NCBI GenBank assembly: GCA_030390025.1
Contig: CM059432.1
Location: 29,948,001 to 30,012,000 of the forward strand
Direction: 5' to 3'
Length of the DNA: 64,000 nt
From: Squalus acanthias
Taxonomy: Eukaryota
The translations under genes were made by a program, and so were the position numbers. Numbering within the stretch: position 1 is the stretch's first letter; the number at the start of each line of letters is the position of its first letter. Positions 50,592 through 62,018 of the stretch are shown here, piece after piece. A model generated the notes under the pieces. It saw nothing but the letters and a program-made list of their open reading frames with translations, was not told where the DNA came from and did not search any database.

Positions 50592-53270
50592 ATGACCACT
50601 ATCGACACCACAAACTGCCGGCTCAAAGTGGAGAGAATCGCCAAGAAGATCGCGCATATCGACACCGACATCAAGTATCTACAGAGATGCAAGAAAGCAG
50701 ACAAGATCCCGAAAGGACTACAGATCACGAACCCACTCAAGTCGACATACAACACAGACTACGCTGAGAGACTCTGCCGTCGTACCTCTCGCACACTCCT
50801 CAACCATCTCGTACACCAGCTCTACAGCAAACGCCACAACCTCGAAACCAAGATAGAGTCCATGCTCTCAGCCTGTGCTCAGGACACAGCAGACCAGTTA
50901 CGAGACACCACCAAACAGACGAGGCAACGGAACTACGCTGCCTACATGCGCATCAAGAACAGGAAGCTTGAGAAACTCGGCATCACCACCAGCAGCAACC
51001 AAGCCTCCCCCGGTACCACGGCTGCAACCACAGGGAAGTCCATCGTCAACTTGTCCGACCATACCCTTCAACCAGACGAAATCGAAGTTCTCGCCCTAGG
51101 GCTCAAGTTCTGCCCAACCACCAAAATGGACCCCATCGGTCTCGCGGCAGACACGGAGGAATTCATCAGGAGAATGAGGCTCCGGGAATACTTCCACAAA
51201 TCCCAAGATGTCAGCAACAAACCCAATGAGACAATCAATGATCCAGAACAGCAGACAGAGGGACTCGCAGTGCAGCAACCGAAGAAAAAAGAGTCAAACT
51301 GGACCCCTCCGGAGGGTCGCTGCCCCAAGCTTGACATGTATGCTCAAGCTGTCAGGAGATGCATCAACGCCAGATTCATCAGCCGCACTCACAAGACAGT
51401 CCAGAATGTCACCCGAGCACAACGCAACGCCATCCACGCTCTCAAGACCAACCGCAACATTGTCATCAAACCAGCGGACAAAGGAGGAGCCATCGTCATA
51501 CAGAACAGAACGGACTATTGTAAAGAAGCATACCGACAACTGGACAACCAGGAACACTACAGACAGCTACCCGCAGATCCGACCAAAGAACACACCCGCC
51601 AACTCAATAGACTGATCAAGACCTTCGATCCAGACCTTCAAAACATCCTACGCGCTCTCATCCCACGTACTCCCCGCGTGGGAGACTTCTACTGCCTCCC
51701 AAAGATACACAAAGCCAACACACCCGGACGTCCTATCGTATCAGGCAATGGAACCCTGTGTGAGAACCTCTCTGGATACGTCGAGGGCATTCTGAAACCC
51801 ATCGTACAGGGAACCCCCAGCTTCTGTCGCGACACTACAGACTTCTTACAGAAACTCAGCACCCACGGACCAGTTGAACCAGGAACACTCCTTGCCACGA
51901 TGGACGTATCGGCACTCTACACCAGTATCCCCCACGATGACGGCATCGCTGCAACAGCCTCAGTACTCAACATCAACAACAGCCAATCTCCAGACGCCAT
52001 CCGACAACTCATCCGCTTCATCCTTGACCACAATGTCTTCACCTTCGACAACCATTTTTTTACCCAAACACACGGAACAGCCATGGGGACCAAATTCGCA
52101 CCCCAATACGCCAACATCTTCATGCACAAGTTCGAGCAAGACTTCTTCGCTGCACAGGACCTCCAGCCAACGCTGTACACCAGATACATCGACGACATTT
52201 TCTTCCTTTGGACCCATGGCGAAGGATCACTGAAAAGACTACACGATAACATAAACAAGTTCCATCCCACCATCAAACTCACCATGGACTACTCCTCAGA
52301 ATCGGTCTCATTCCTGGACACACGAATCTCCATCAAAGACGGACACCTCAGCACTTCACTCTACCGCAAGCCCACGGACAACCTCACGATGCTCCACTTC
52401 TCCAGCTTCCACCCTAACCATGTTAAAGAAGCCATCCCCTATGGACAAGCCCTGCGAATACACAGGATCTGCTCAGACGAGGAGGAACGCGATGGACACC
52501 TACGGACGCTGAAAAACGCCCTCGTAAGAACGGGATATGACGCTCGACTCATCGATCGACAGTTCCGACGGGCCACAGCGAAAAATCGCATAGACCTCCT
52601 CAGAAGGCAAACACGGGACACAACCAACAGGGTACCCTACGTCGTCCAGTACTTCCCCGGAGCGGAGAAACTACGCCATGTTCTTCGCAGCCTTCAACAT
52701 GTCATCGATGACGACAAACACCTCGCTAAGGCCATCCCCACGCCTCCACTACTTGCCTTCAAACAGCCGCCTAACCTCAGAAGTACCATCGTTCGCAGCA
52801 AATTACCCAGCTTTCAGGATAACAGCGACCACGACACCACACAACCCTGCCATGGCAAACTCTGCAAGACATGCCAGATCATCAACACAGATACCACCAT
52901 CACACGTGAGGACACTACCCACCAGGTACATGGTACATACTCATGTGACTCGGCCAACGTTGTCTACCTCATACGTTGCAGGAAAGAATGCACCGCGGCA
53001 TGGTACATCGGCGAGACCATGCAGACACTGAGACAACGTATGAACGAGCACCGCGCAACAATCGCCAGGCAGGATTGTTACCTCCCAGTCGGGGAACACT
53101 TCAGCAGTCAAGGAAATTCAGCCTCGGATCTGCGGGTAAGCGTTCTCCAAGGCAACCTTAGAAACACACGACAACGCAAAATCATCGAGCAGAAACTGAT
53201 AGCCAAGTTCCGCACTCATGAAGACGGTCTCAATCGGGATCTTGGGTTTATGTCACGATACATGACGTGA
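50592..53270 (+). CDS. Penelope-like RT + GIY-YIG endonuclease polyprotein (892 aa from first ATG)
   Basis: RT: LPKIHK, GRPIVS, MDVSALYTSI, GTAMG, RYIDD. Cys-rich linker CHGKLCKTC (Neptune-like). GIY-YIG: NVVYLIRC...WYIGET...RMNEH. Confidence 0.96.
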   Translation: MTTIDTTNCRLKVERIAKKIAHIDTDIKYLQRCKKADKIPKGLQITNPLKSTYNTDYAERLCRRTSRTLLNHLVHQLYSKRHNLETKIESMLSACAQDTADQLRDTTKQTRQRNYAAYMRIKNRKLEKLGITTSSNQASPGTTAATTGKSIVNLSDHTLQPDEIEVLALGLKFCPTTKMDPIGLAADTEEFIRRMRLREYFHKSQDVSNKPNETINDPEQQTEGLAVQQPKKKESNWTPPEGRCPKLDMYAQAVRRCINARFISRTHKTVQNVTRAQRNAIHALKTNRNIVIKPADKGGAIVIQNRTDYCKEAYRQLDNQEHYRQLPADPTKEHTRQLNRLIKTFDPDLQNILRALIPRTPRVGDFYCLPKIHKANTPGRPIVSGNGTLCENLSGYVEGILKPIVQGTPSFCRDTTDFLQKLSTHGPVEPGTLLATMDVSALYTSIPHDDGIAATASVLNINNSQSPDAIRQLIRFILDHNVFTFDNHFFTQTHGTAMGTKFAPQYANIFMHKFEQDFFAAQDLQPTLYTRYIDDIFFLWTHGEGSLKRLHDNINKFHPTIKLTMDYSSESVSFLDTRISIKDGHLSTSLYRKPTDNLTMLHFSSFHPNHVKEAIPYGQALRIHRICSDEEERDGHLRTLKNALVRTGYDARLIDRQFRRATAKNRIDLLRRQTRDTTNRVPYVVQYFPGAEKLRHVLRSLQHVIDDDKHLAKAIPTPPLLAFKQPPNLRSTIVRSKLPSFQDNSDHDTTQPCHGKLCKTCQIINTDTTITREDTTHQVHGTYSCDSANVVYLIRCRKECTAAWYIGETMQTLRQRMNEHRATIARQDCYLPVGEHFSSQGNSASDLRVSVLQGNLRNTRQRKIIEQKLIAKFRTHEDGLNRDLGFMSRYMT

Positions 53271-53602
53271 TCCGGACTCGAGTCGTCGTTAGCTTGTTCA
53301 CAGATGTGATTCCCAGTAAAAAAGTAAAAATTTTCCCAGTAAAAAAGTAAAAAAATTTTAAAGCTTTTCGTTTTACATACAGACGGCAGCTTTTGACACG
53401 TTAGAACCCCTGCGACTACACCTCATTGTCTCAGTTGTATCTTGCTATGTCTTTGATGTGGTACCTTCCTGGCTGACTTAATTAACTTTATCACACCTCG
53501 GCAGATAGTCAGGATGATTTAATTTATTGGTCTGCAATTGTAAAGTACACATGCTTTGTTTTCTATCTATATATGCTTTGGCGATTCTGTATCTAATTTA
53601 CT

Positions 53603-53644
53603 TCACCTGAGGAAGGAGCAATCGATAGCTCCGAAAGCTTGTGA
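53603..53644 (+). ncRNA. Minimal type-I hammerhead ribozyme motif in Penelope pLTR
   Basis: tcac-CTGAGGA-a-ggagc-aatcgata-gctcc-GAAA-gc-TT-gtga. Stem I tcac/gtga, stem II ggagc/gctcc, palindromic AAGCTT in place of stem III, as known for PLE hammerheads. Confidence 0.85.
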
Positions 53645-56600
53645 TTTCAAATAAAACTGTTGGACTATAACCTGGTGTTGTGCGACCTCTCAATTTTGTC
53701 CACCCCAGTCCAACACCGGCATCTCCGCATCATGACATCACTAGGACAGACAAAGGCACACACAAGACAATCACTAAGGGAATGCACAAGGGGGATTAGT
53801 TGATTTTTTGAAGCAATATTGCATGCATATATGAATAAAGAGAGATTGGAAAGTTTACTTTGTGGTGGCTTTTATTTCAGCATTGTGGCCAAGAGGACGC
53901 TGTGATGATCAGTAACAAAGGGAAGGTAAGGTGTGGGACAAATCTTGAAAGGGGAATTGGGGTTGCCGTCACTAGTACCGCGGGCAGATGATTTGATCCC
54001 GGATATCCTGGTCAGAACGGGGCTGTCTGGGTTGTCTGCTTCCTCCTCTTCTCTCTGCATGCAGCTTGTCCCCTTTGCTGCCTGATTCATCTCCATGTGA
54101 TGTTGCAGCCCAAGGGGAACTTCAACTTCAGCCCCCAGAGAGCAAGTGATGCTCTCAGAGGCCTTCCTTTAACATCCAAAGCCTTGCAAGTGTCCAGCAG
54201 CACTCCCGGCACACTTTAACAACTTTTTAAATGTACTGCACCAGGCTACTACTCCAATAAAATATAAAAAATCCACTCCAAAAGCTGAAATCGAAACTTA
54301 CCTGAAAGATGTTTAAGAAGCGCTGACAGCATCTCTGTACAACTACTGCATGCACGTTCTTCTGTGCATGGTTAGGAGAGGGCGGTATGGAGTGCGGCGA
54401 TGTCTAAATCGCAGTCGTGCATCAATTCAGTCGTTGCATGCCGATTGACGTCACAATCATTGGAGGCGAGCGTGGGCAACGGCAGCGCTGCCAACCTCTC
54501 CAAAATGGCTGCCATTTTTTTTCAAGAAAACCAGCCATAACGGCCGGCGCTACAAAATCAAATTTCGCGGCCCATGTGGTTATTTTTGCAGTTTGTGGGG
54601 ATGCAGAATAGCTGCTGTATTTGCTTACATAACAAGTCTCTGTAAAAGTAACTCATTGTGTGAACCTTTCTCCGAGACATTTTCAGCTACATAAGATGCT
54701 CCATAAATGAAAGTTTTGTTATACAAGCCCTATCTAAGGCCTGCCATAAATCTCGAGTGACGTTAATTCAGCTCCCTTGTGCATTTGGGCTCAGCAATTT
54801 CTTGGAGTCAGCTCCCCCACTTGGTCACTGTTTAAAGAAAAATATAGGTAACTGCCCCCAAAATAAAATTATTCAGAAATAGGCAAGGGGAAAAAAAAAA
54901 ACGTTAATCACTGTTTTCTGTAACCGTTTTATTTTTAAAAAGTGCTAATTGTGATAGTCCCTTTTAATCAAATGACATGAATGCCAATTAGGGGATCTTC
55001 TCGGTTATACCACTGTATGAGCAGTGGGGCTGAGCTTGGAGAGGCAAGTATGACACCAGCGATCAGTACAAGTTATCTTGACTGCTCCATAAATTATGGT
55101 TTACAAGCTGCTAACTTGATTATTAGACAGGCTTTATCACCCTACAGTTTCAGGCAGTTATTATTGCAACAAAGAATCAGCCAGAACATCACTGTACAGT
55201 GGCTAGGGGAACAATTATATTTGTGCAGCATTCCAAGAATGGAAGCCATGTCTTCTCAAATGAGTCTTCCCCTCAGCTGCAGAGAGCACCTCAGCTTTTC
55301 TACATTCATGAACATTTTAAGCTCTTTAACCAAGGTAGGATACAATATGGCTTTGTCCCAAGGTCAGTTTCGCTGCTTTTACATTGATCTAATGCCACAT
55401 CTTCCTGATGCCCAGCTCTCGCACAGCGGAGAGCAGGACCAAAGATAAAGTTGCCGTGTTTGGGAAGGCCTGGTTTTTAAAACCAGGTTTTCCCAGCTGC
55501 CGGCCTTAATAAATCTGGCAAGTTTATCTTTGATGCTGCTGCTGGCTGCACAAGTCCTGCACATTGCCAGCTGGGCGAAGCGATGATCGAGAAGAAAGTA
55601 CAACGATTTCGATCAAAAAGCTTCAATTCACTTTTACTGTCTCCTGCTAAACCATTTTAAACTTAGAGCAGGACACTAAAGAATATGCAGCTCTCCTCCC
55701 TCACACAAACTTTATAACAGACCCAAGGATGATTCTTGAACTTGGTGTTGTGCACCCGCAAGATAGTTTACTGGGGAAATGCACCATACAGACAAGGAAC
55801 TCTCAGATTTAATTCCCTGTCCGTGCTGTTGTTTAATCCCAGTTGGGTGCCATTTTGGAATGCTACAATTGGCCTCAGTACCTGGGTGAGGGTGAGAGAA
55901 TTCAGCTCGTTCCTTACTTCTGATCACAATCCAGTAATTCATACACCGACAAGTGTGTGAAACACCACCTTGTGCTCAGTACCACTGTTCAGATACAATC
56001 AGGGTATTCCCCACAGAGGAGGAAAATTGAAAGGAATTGTCCAGAGACTTAAAGTGTGCACCATAGCAACCAGGTCAGCATAGCGGCCGTTTGAGGCTGT
56101 TGGTATAAGGCCCAGGCAGACAGGGTAATGAGTAGGAAAAATAAAGAGAAAACTTGAGAGATTATCACCTCAGATCCCATAACAGCATTCTTATCCGAAA
56201 ATGAAAGAAGTAAAGAAATGTAGAGACAAAAAACTGCAGAGGCTGCAACATTAATTGCAGACAATACTTAACAGGAAAACATTCAAAATAAAAAATGCCA
56301 CAGCAACCCAGGGGACTTAACTGGAGAAAACTGCGCTGAACTGAACTATGAGGAATAGTGAGAACAAACATTTACTGAAGAAAACAGCCTGTGATGAAAG
56401 GAGTGACTAGCAGTGGGGCTTAAATTCTTTTCAACAAATAATTGATACTGCTACATGGCAGATATGAACTTTCTAGTGGATGGTGGTATGGGATACTATT
56501 TATTCAAAGATTTTATTAAAAGAGAGTAGTACTAACCTTCTACCCCCACGTACCCCATGTATTTCCAAAGCCTGCTTCAGATGCTACTTTGCTGGAAGCC

Positions 56601-57074
56601 TACTCCACAGTGTCTGTGAGGCTGACAATATATTTAACCAGATGCAAAACACTTGCATAGGGTAGGGGCATCTACCAATCAATTTGCTAGCTAGCGCAGA
56701 TGGACAGGTGAATGCACTGGGAGTCAATTTCCTCTGCCCCCTCACTCTCCTGATGGTGAGCTTGTGGGGGTACGAGTTCCATAGGCACTAGTTTCTCTCG
56801 GCCATCTTTCACAGGGGCATTTCAACTGTGCCTAATCCGATCATTACCCAACTTCAACATGTGCTCTTTCTAGCTGAGTCACTGCGTATTTGTTTGGAGA
56901 CAGAATCCTGGCTGATTGTTCCTCTTCCTGTGCCAAGAAAGTAGGTCAATTGTAGCATCTTTATTACTGCTAGTCAAGATCAGCTAATTCAAAGCAAACT
57001 AGGGATGGAACACGGGTTTTTTCGTTGTGTTGTTCAGTAGCAGTAAGTGCATTTTCTCACGAACTAAAGTAACA

Positions 57075-58200
57075 CATTTATATAGCACCTTTGATGCAGG
57101 AAATATCTGAATGTATTTTACATGATGGGAGAGGGAAAAAGAAGAAAAAAATAAATGCAAGGAATAAAGGAGCCGATGCAAAGCCATTTAAGAAAAAACT
57201 GCAGAATGATGGAAGCATTGGGGGCAGGGTGAGTGGGAAAATGGGGGAGGTCGGGAACAGTGGGGGAGAAGCAGCAAGAGAAAGTCTCAATCTTAGAGAC
57301 AAATTCATGAATTCTTCATACCTGTTTTGGAGATTGGGGGGGGGGGGGGGTGGGAGATGTGGCAAAGAAGTTTGAGGAGGAGCATTTTACTGAGGAGAGG
57401 GCGACAGGGTAGTGCTCAGCACGGTCGGATCAGATCTGAGCCACCAGAGGAGCTGCCCTCTCTTTTTGTTTTTAAAATCCACTGGACAAAATTCCAAGAG
57501 GAGCAGGTCCTGGTCAATCTTTAGAAAGGTGAACGACACGCCAAATTGATTCCAGCAAGCAAGCATGGTCTGCAGCCAAACCCCCACCAGACATTGGTAA
57601 GGTGCTTTCACTTAGGTTGCAGTTAGATGTAAAGCCCATGTTTATGGAGAAGCTCCTTTAAATGATTTTTCTGGAATAATTGAATACTGCAGGATCCACA
57701 AAGGAAGTTTGTACTCTTCTTTCCTCTTGCCAGGCGCATACACACAAATCATCGACAGGCTTGCCTAATAACTTTATAACTTGCAGAATCCTTATCTCCA
57801 TGGCTTAAAGAAGGCATATACTGTAGAGGAATGGGTTCTCCCTTTTAATTCAGAATAGTTATTGTTGTTTCTTCATTACTCCTTGCTGCTGCATTTTATG
57901 CTTTAAAACTGCTGGTTAGAGATAACATTTAGAATTTTTTTTTTTGCTGTGGATTTCCTTCTGATGTGAGAATATGAAATTCTGCTCCAGTATCATAAAA
58001 AGGAATTTAGAGGGTTGGAGGAGGCAAGACAGCAAAGGTTCTGTTCATTTTACTGGAGAGGAACTTCATGATGTCATATTACTGGAGCAATTGGTGGCAG
58101 GGAGAGTGGGAAATTGGGGGCAGCTCAGGATTAGTTCGGGAGAGGAAGGGGAGATAGCGACAGGTCTCAATCTTAGAAGCAAATTCATGTAGAACATGAG
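57075..58200 (-). mobile_element. Two degraded L2-like fragments
   Basis: The segment gtctcaatcttag...aaattcatg occurs twice (about 57284 and 58163); SKIET-type peptide. Confidence 0.45.
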
Positions 58201-58884
58201 GTTGATTTGAGGAGCCCTGATGCATCCATGGGTGCCAACTGTGACCCCTTTCACTCAAGGGAAACATGCCAGCTGGTGAAAGCTGTGCTCCCTGATGCCT
58301 CGCTCCATAGGAAAAATGATGAAAGTGTTGCTCCTTGCAAACCTAGTGTTGTCATTTGCTTCATACATGTGTGCACTGTAGACAGCCTGATGTGGCAAAT
58401 GTCCTCTGGGGTGGCTTGGAAGGATGTAGAAAGCATGAAAGCGACATGCTTGGTTAACCTTTCTGCAGCAGATGGTACAACTTAATGACAGCCTGTCTTT
58501 GGAAGCAAAGGTGGCAAACAGGTCTTTTCTGAATATCAAGCTATGTGTGGTGAGGTGGGGTAGCGAGGGGTTTGCCCAAAAATCCTTCATGTGTTATTTC
58601 ACCTGCGTTTGTTACCCCACACCTCCCTCATGAACATGTCTTTCTCATTTAAAACATACAATCAAAATTTCTACAGAAATACTGATCTTCACCACCAGTG
58701 AGAGGTAGCTTCCATGGCATCCTCACTTAGCAATCCCCGACACAGAGCTGAGGGAGGGTCAGAGATATTTGGCTTCTCATACTAAAAAGATTAAAATAGT
58801 CTGCAGAAGTAGGGACTGGAAGCAGAGATAGAGGAAGATAACTCCTTTCCTAAGGTTTGGCCTGATTAGTTTAAGGGATATAAA

Positions 58885-59145
58885 AAAATCATTCTCGGGA
58901 TGTGGGCGTTGCTGGCAAGGCCTGGATTTATTGCCCATCCCAAGTTGCCCTGTACAACTGAGTGACTTGCTAAGTCAACTGCTTTTGTGTGGACCTGGAG
59001 TCACATAGGCCTGAAAGTTGGCAGGTTTGCTTCCCTAATGGGTATTAGTGACAAATTAGATTTTTAATGACAAAACAGCAGCTTCATGGTCACTTTTACT
59101 AATATCAGTTTTTTTTATTTTGAGATTTTTAAACTGAATTGAATA
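58885..59145 (-). mobile_element. Degraded Nin-domain SINE
   Basis: Similar to 20657-20880. Confidence 0.7.
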
Positions 59146-59656
59146 AGATTGAACTTCACTGAAAACTATATTCTATTTGATCATATTTTACATGTAAAAT
59201 AAAAACCAACATGCAGGTTTACAATTGGCCTCATTTCACAAGAGTGTTTATCAGTCCACCTTCCGCAAGATAGGAGAAATACCCATGGACGCACATACAC
59301 GGTTCCAGTATCCAATACACACAATGAGGGGTTTTACTGTTACGGCCCGTGGGTTACACTAGATAATGGGTAGTAAAGGTAAACTCCTGATCGTAGGGGA
59401 TGTGGGGTCCGTTTATGGGACCGTCTCATGAAACTGAACGCAAGAGAATATCTTAGGCAGCCCCAAAATTTGTAACAGACGGAAAGCAGCCAGTATGATG
59501 ACCTGCCTGTAATAGGTCACTCCAGATAGGTTCCTAGACCAGTTTAAAGTCATGGTGCCCATTTTGCTCAATTGAAGCACTCAAGGATGACCTCCTCGTT
59601 AGTGACTTCATGAAGCAGTCAGCAGTAAGGAAACAGAACATGGCAGGTCACTGCAT

Positions 59657-60236
59657 CATAGAAATTTACAGCACAGAAGGAGGCCATTCGGCCCATCTTG
59701 TCCGTGCCGGCCAACAAAGAGCTATCCACCCTAATCCCACTTTCCAGCACTTGGTCCGTAGCCTTGTAGGTTACGATACTTCAAGTGCATATCCAAGTGC
59801 TTTTTAAATGATGAGGTTCTCTGCCTCTACCACCCTTTCAGGCAGTGAGTTCCAGACCCCCACCATCCTCTGAGTGAAAACATTTCTCCTCAAATCCCCT
59901 CTAAACCTCCGACCAATTACTTTAAATCTATGCTCCCTGGTTATTGACCCTTCTGCTAAGGGAAATAGGTCCTTCCTATCCACTCTATCTAGGCCCCTCA
60001 TAATTTTATGCATCTCAATTAGGTCTCCACTCAGCCTCCTCTGTTCCAAAGAAAACATGATGCGGAGATGCCGGTGTTGGACTGGGGCGGACAAAAATGA
60101 GAAGTCGCACAACACCAGGTTATAGTCCAACAGTTTTATTTGAAATCACGAAAGCTCGTGATTTCAAGTAAAACTGTTGGACTATAACCTGGTGTTGTGC
60201 GACTTCTCATTTTTGTCCAAAGAAAACAGCCCCAGC
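59657..60236 (-). mobile_element. CR1 3' fragment interrupted by the Penelope hairpin
   Basis: FSLEQRRLSGDLIE...VWNSLPERVVEA. Confidence 0.85.
60058..60215 (-). mobile_element. Fold-back Penelope pLTR mini-insertion (family of the intact element) inside a CR1 fragment
   Basis: Matches 53633-53734. Inverted arms 60089-60151 / 60156-60218. TSD tccaaagaaaaca at 60045-60057 and 60216-60228. Confidence 0.92.
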
Positions 60237-61833
60237 AAAAACAAATTCTAATTTTTTTAAAGTATCAGTGAAAATTTTTATGTACATATCCCCAAAAGAC
60301 ATTAAGAGCAAAAAATCCTCTAGTACTTTCCTTCACCTTAACACAAAATCACAGGCTTGGAACAGGGAAAGGCCATTCTATCCAATGGACTGTGCACAAT
60401 TTCTATTAGCAAACTCTTTTCTCCAATTTATTTAGTTTTCTGAGGGAAATAACCACAGTTTTACTTGCAGCTCTTCCATCTCCCTCAGGAGACTGAACAA
60501 GCAGAGAGATGGAGGATACAACACAAGGACCCATGAGAAATGATTTAATCTCGAGTGAGCTGAGCTGATAATTCATGAGCAACAAAGTAGAATGTAAACC
60601 ACGGTGCACGAGTCTGCACAACATACCATATGTTAAATTAAGTGGGTGAAGAACTAAATGTAACGTTAATTAGTTAATGAGGGAAAAGAAAAGAGATTAA
60701 TTTAATAGTGCATAGTATTCCTCTGTGAGTCTAGTTCAGCTCGAGGCAATGCAAATTCTAAAGACTCTTAAGAGGTGGGGGTTCAGATCGATGCTTGTTC
60801 AGGGGCATAATCCCAACCCGTGTCTTGCTCAAGGGGCTGTTTTCAGTGATGCTGCAACCTACTGCATCACAGATGGGTGCGTGCCTGCGATTCTTCACGA
60901 ATTTCAAACATCACTGTAGGGGCAGTGAAGAGAAAAAGCAAGCATGGGACCAATAGCTCTATTTTATAAAGGGCCTTCTCACTTGCTCTGTGGAAGCTTG
61001 GATAATCAGCCACACATCCTAACAGCATTTCCTAGCCGCCTTCTGCTGGAGGGCAGAAAATAAAATGGGAATAGTTTGATCTATGGCCCAGAGTGTTATT
61101 ATAAAGGAAAAAACGTTTGAGGAGGCGAAGGTAGGTTGCAAATGGCCTGTTCCATACCTGTGATTTTATGATGAAGGGAAGGGAAGGAAAGACGAGGGAG
61201 AGTACCCAAGAACTACATAAATGTTTCTTCAGACAGATTTTCAAAGGAAACATAGCTCTAATTACAATGTGATGAGGTCACCTGCTTCACATACATTTAC
61301 TTTAACGTTTAACATGTTAGAAGCCTGCTGCATAACGTGTGTACCACTTTAAATCTGGCCATGGAACAAAAAAAAATCCGTTATCGCTTTTCTGGTTGTT
61401 TCCAATTTCTCAGCAGTTAAAAAGCAAACCCTTCAATACCATCCATTTACTTCACAGTCTCCCACCATGTAGATTGATACAGCAAAGAAGGTGGCCATTC
61501 AGCCCATTGTGACTGTGCCAGCTCATGAACTTGTGCCATTTCCTAAACTCACCGTAAACAATACCACAGGAGATCAGCAGCTTATATAAACAATACCTTT
61601 AGTGGAAATTGCACAATTACAGGCATGGAACAGTGCGTATTCAGCTCACTCTCATGGTCAGATCCCCTTACTACCTCAAGATTCCCTGATCAAAGTATTG
61701 AAGTTCACGATTTTAAAATCAGTAGATTAAATCAGTATAGGGATTTTTAATTATTTGTAATTCTATCAGGGTTTGGGATTGCAGTTGAGGTGCGCTCTTT
61801 TCTTGATCATTTCAGGATAGTTGGTTGCTTTAC

Positions 61834-62018
61834 CTGATTTCATGGCGCTCCTTGCACTTGTGACTCCACTTTTGATGGGAATGGCACAGCTTTTAGAAAG
61901 CTTGTTGGCAGATACACGGTACAGCACTCCCCCGATGCAGCGCATGCCTTTCATTTTCCATCTCTGCTGAAAGAACCTATAATTGCTGCTCAGTCTCGCT
62001 CGACTCAGGAGCAGTGAC
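61834..62018 (-). CDS. ZC3H3: ZC3H3 internal coding exon (SLLLSRARL...MRCIGGVLYRVSANKLSK...MKS)
   Basis: Peptide resembles the ZC3H3 motif RCIGGVLYKVSANKLSK as recalled. Acceptor ttctttcctcacag|G, donor TCAG|gtaaag. 185 bp, phase 2 in and phase 1 out. Confidence 0.9.

Larger units (their letters stand above)
50086..53736 (+). mobile_element. Intact Penelope-like element (Neptune-type) with inverted 5' pLTR
   Basis: 50086-50501 is the reverse complement of 53279-53694. Direct repeat 50501-50596 / 53641-53736. TSD tgacatcactag at 50074-50085 and 53733-53744. Confidence 0.96.
48927..54573. mobile_element. Degenerate PIF/Harbinger DNA transposon, interrupted by the Penelope element
   Basis: Imperfect TIRs aggcctagaaattcga / rc gggccgcgaaatttga. 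Contains a Myb/SANT gene remnant and splits a SINE into two halves. Confidence 0.75.

Noticed and set aside
50086..53736. Retron, group II intron or other prokaryotic RT system
   Set aside because: Eukaryotic intron context; the GIY-YIG fusion, pLTR and TSD define a Penelope-like element.
55404..55440. Hammerhead at cCTGATGccc
   Set aside because: The core is CTGATGC, not CTGANGA, and no GAAA follows the stem.
54981..55448. 155-aa ORF as a nested gene
   Set aside because: No recognisable domain or splice context; the length is compatible with chance.
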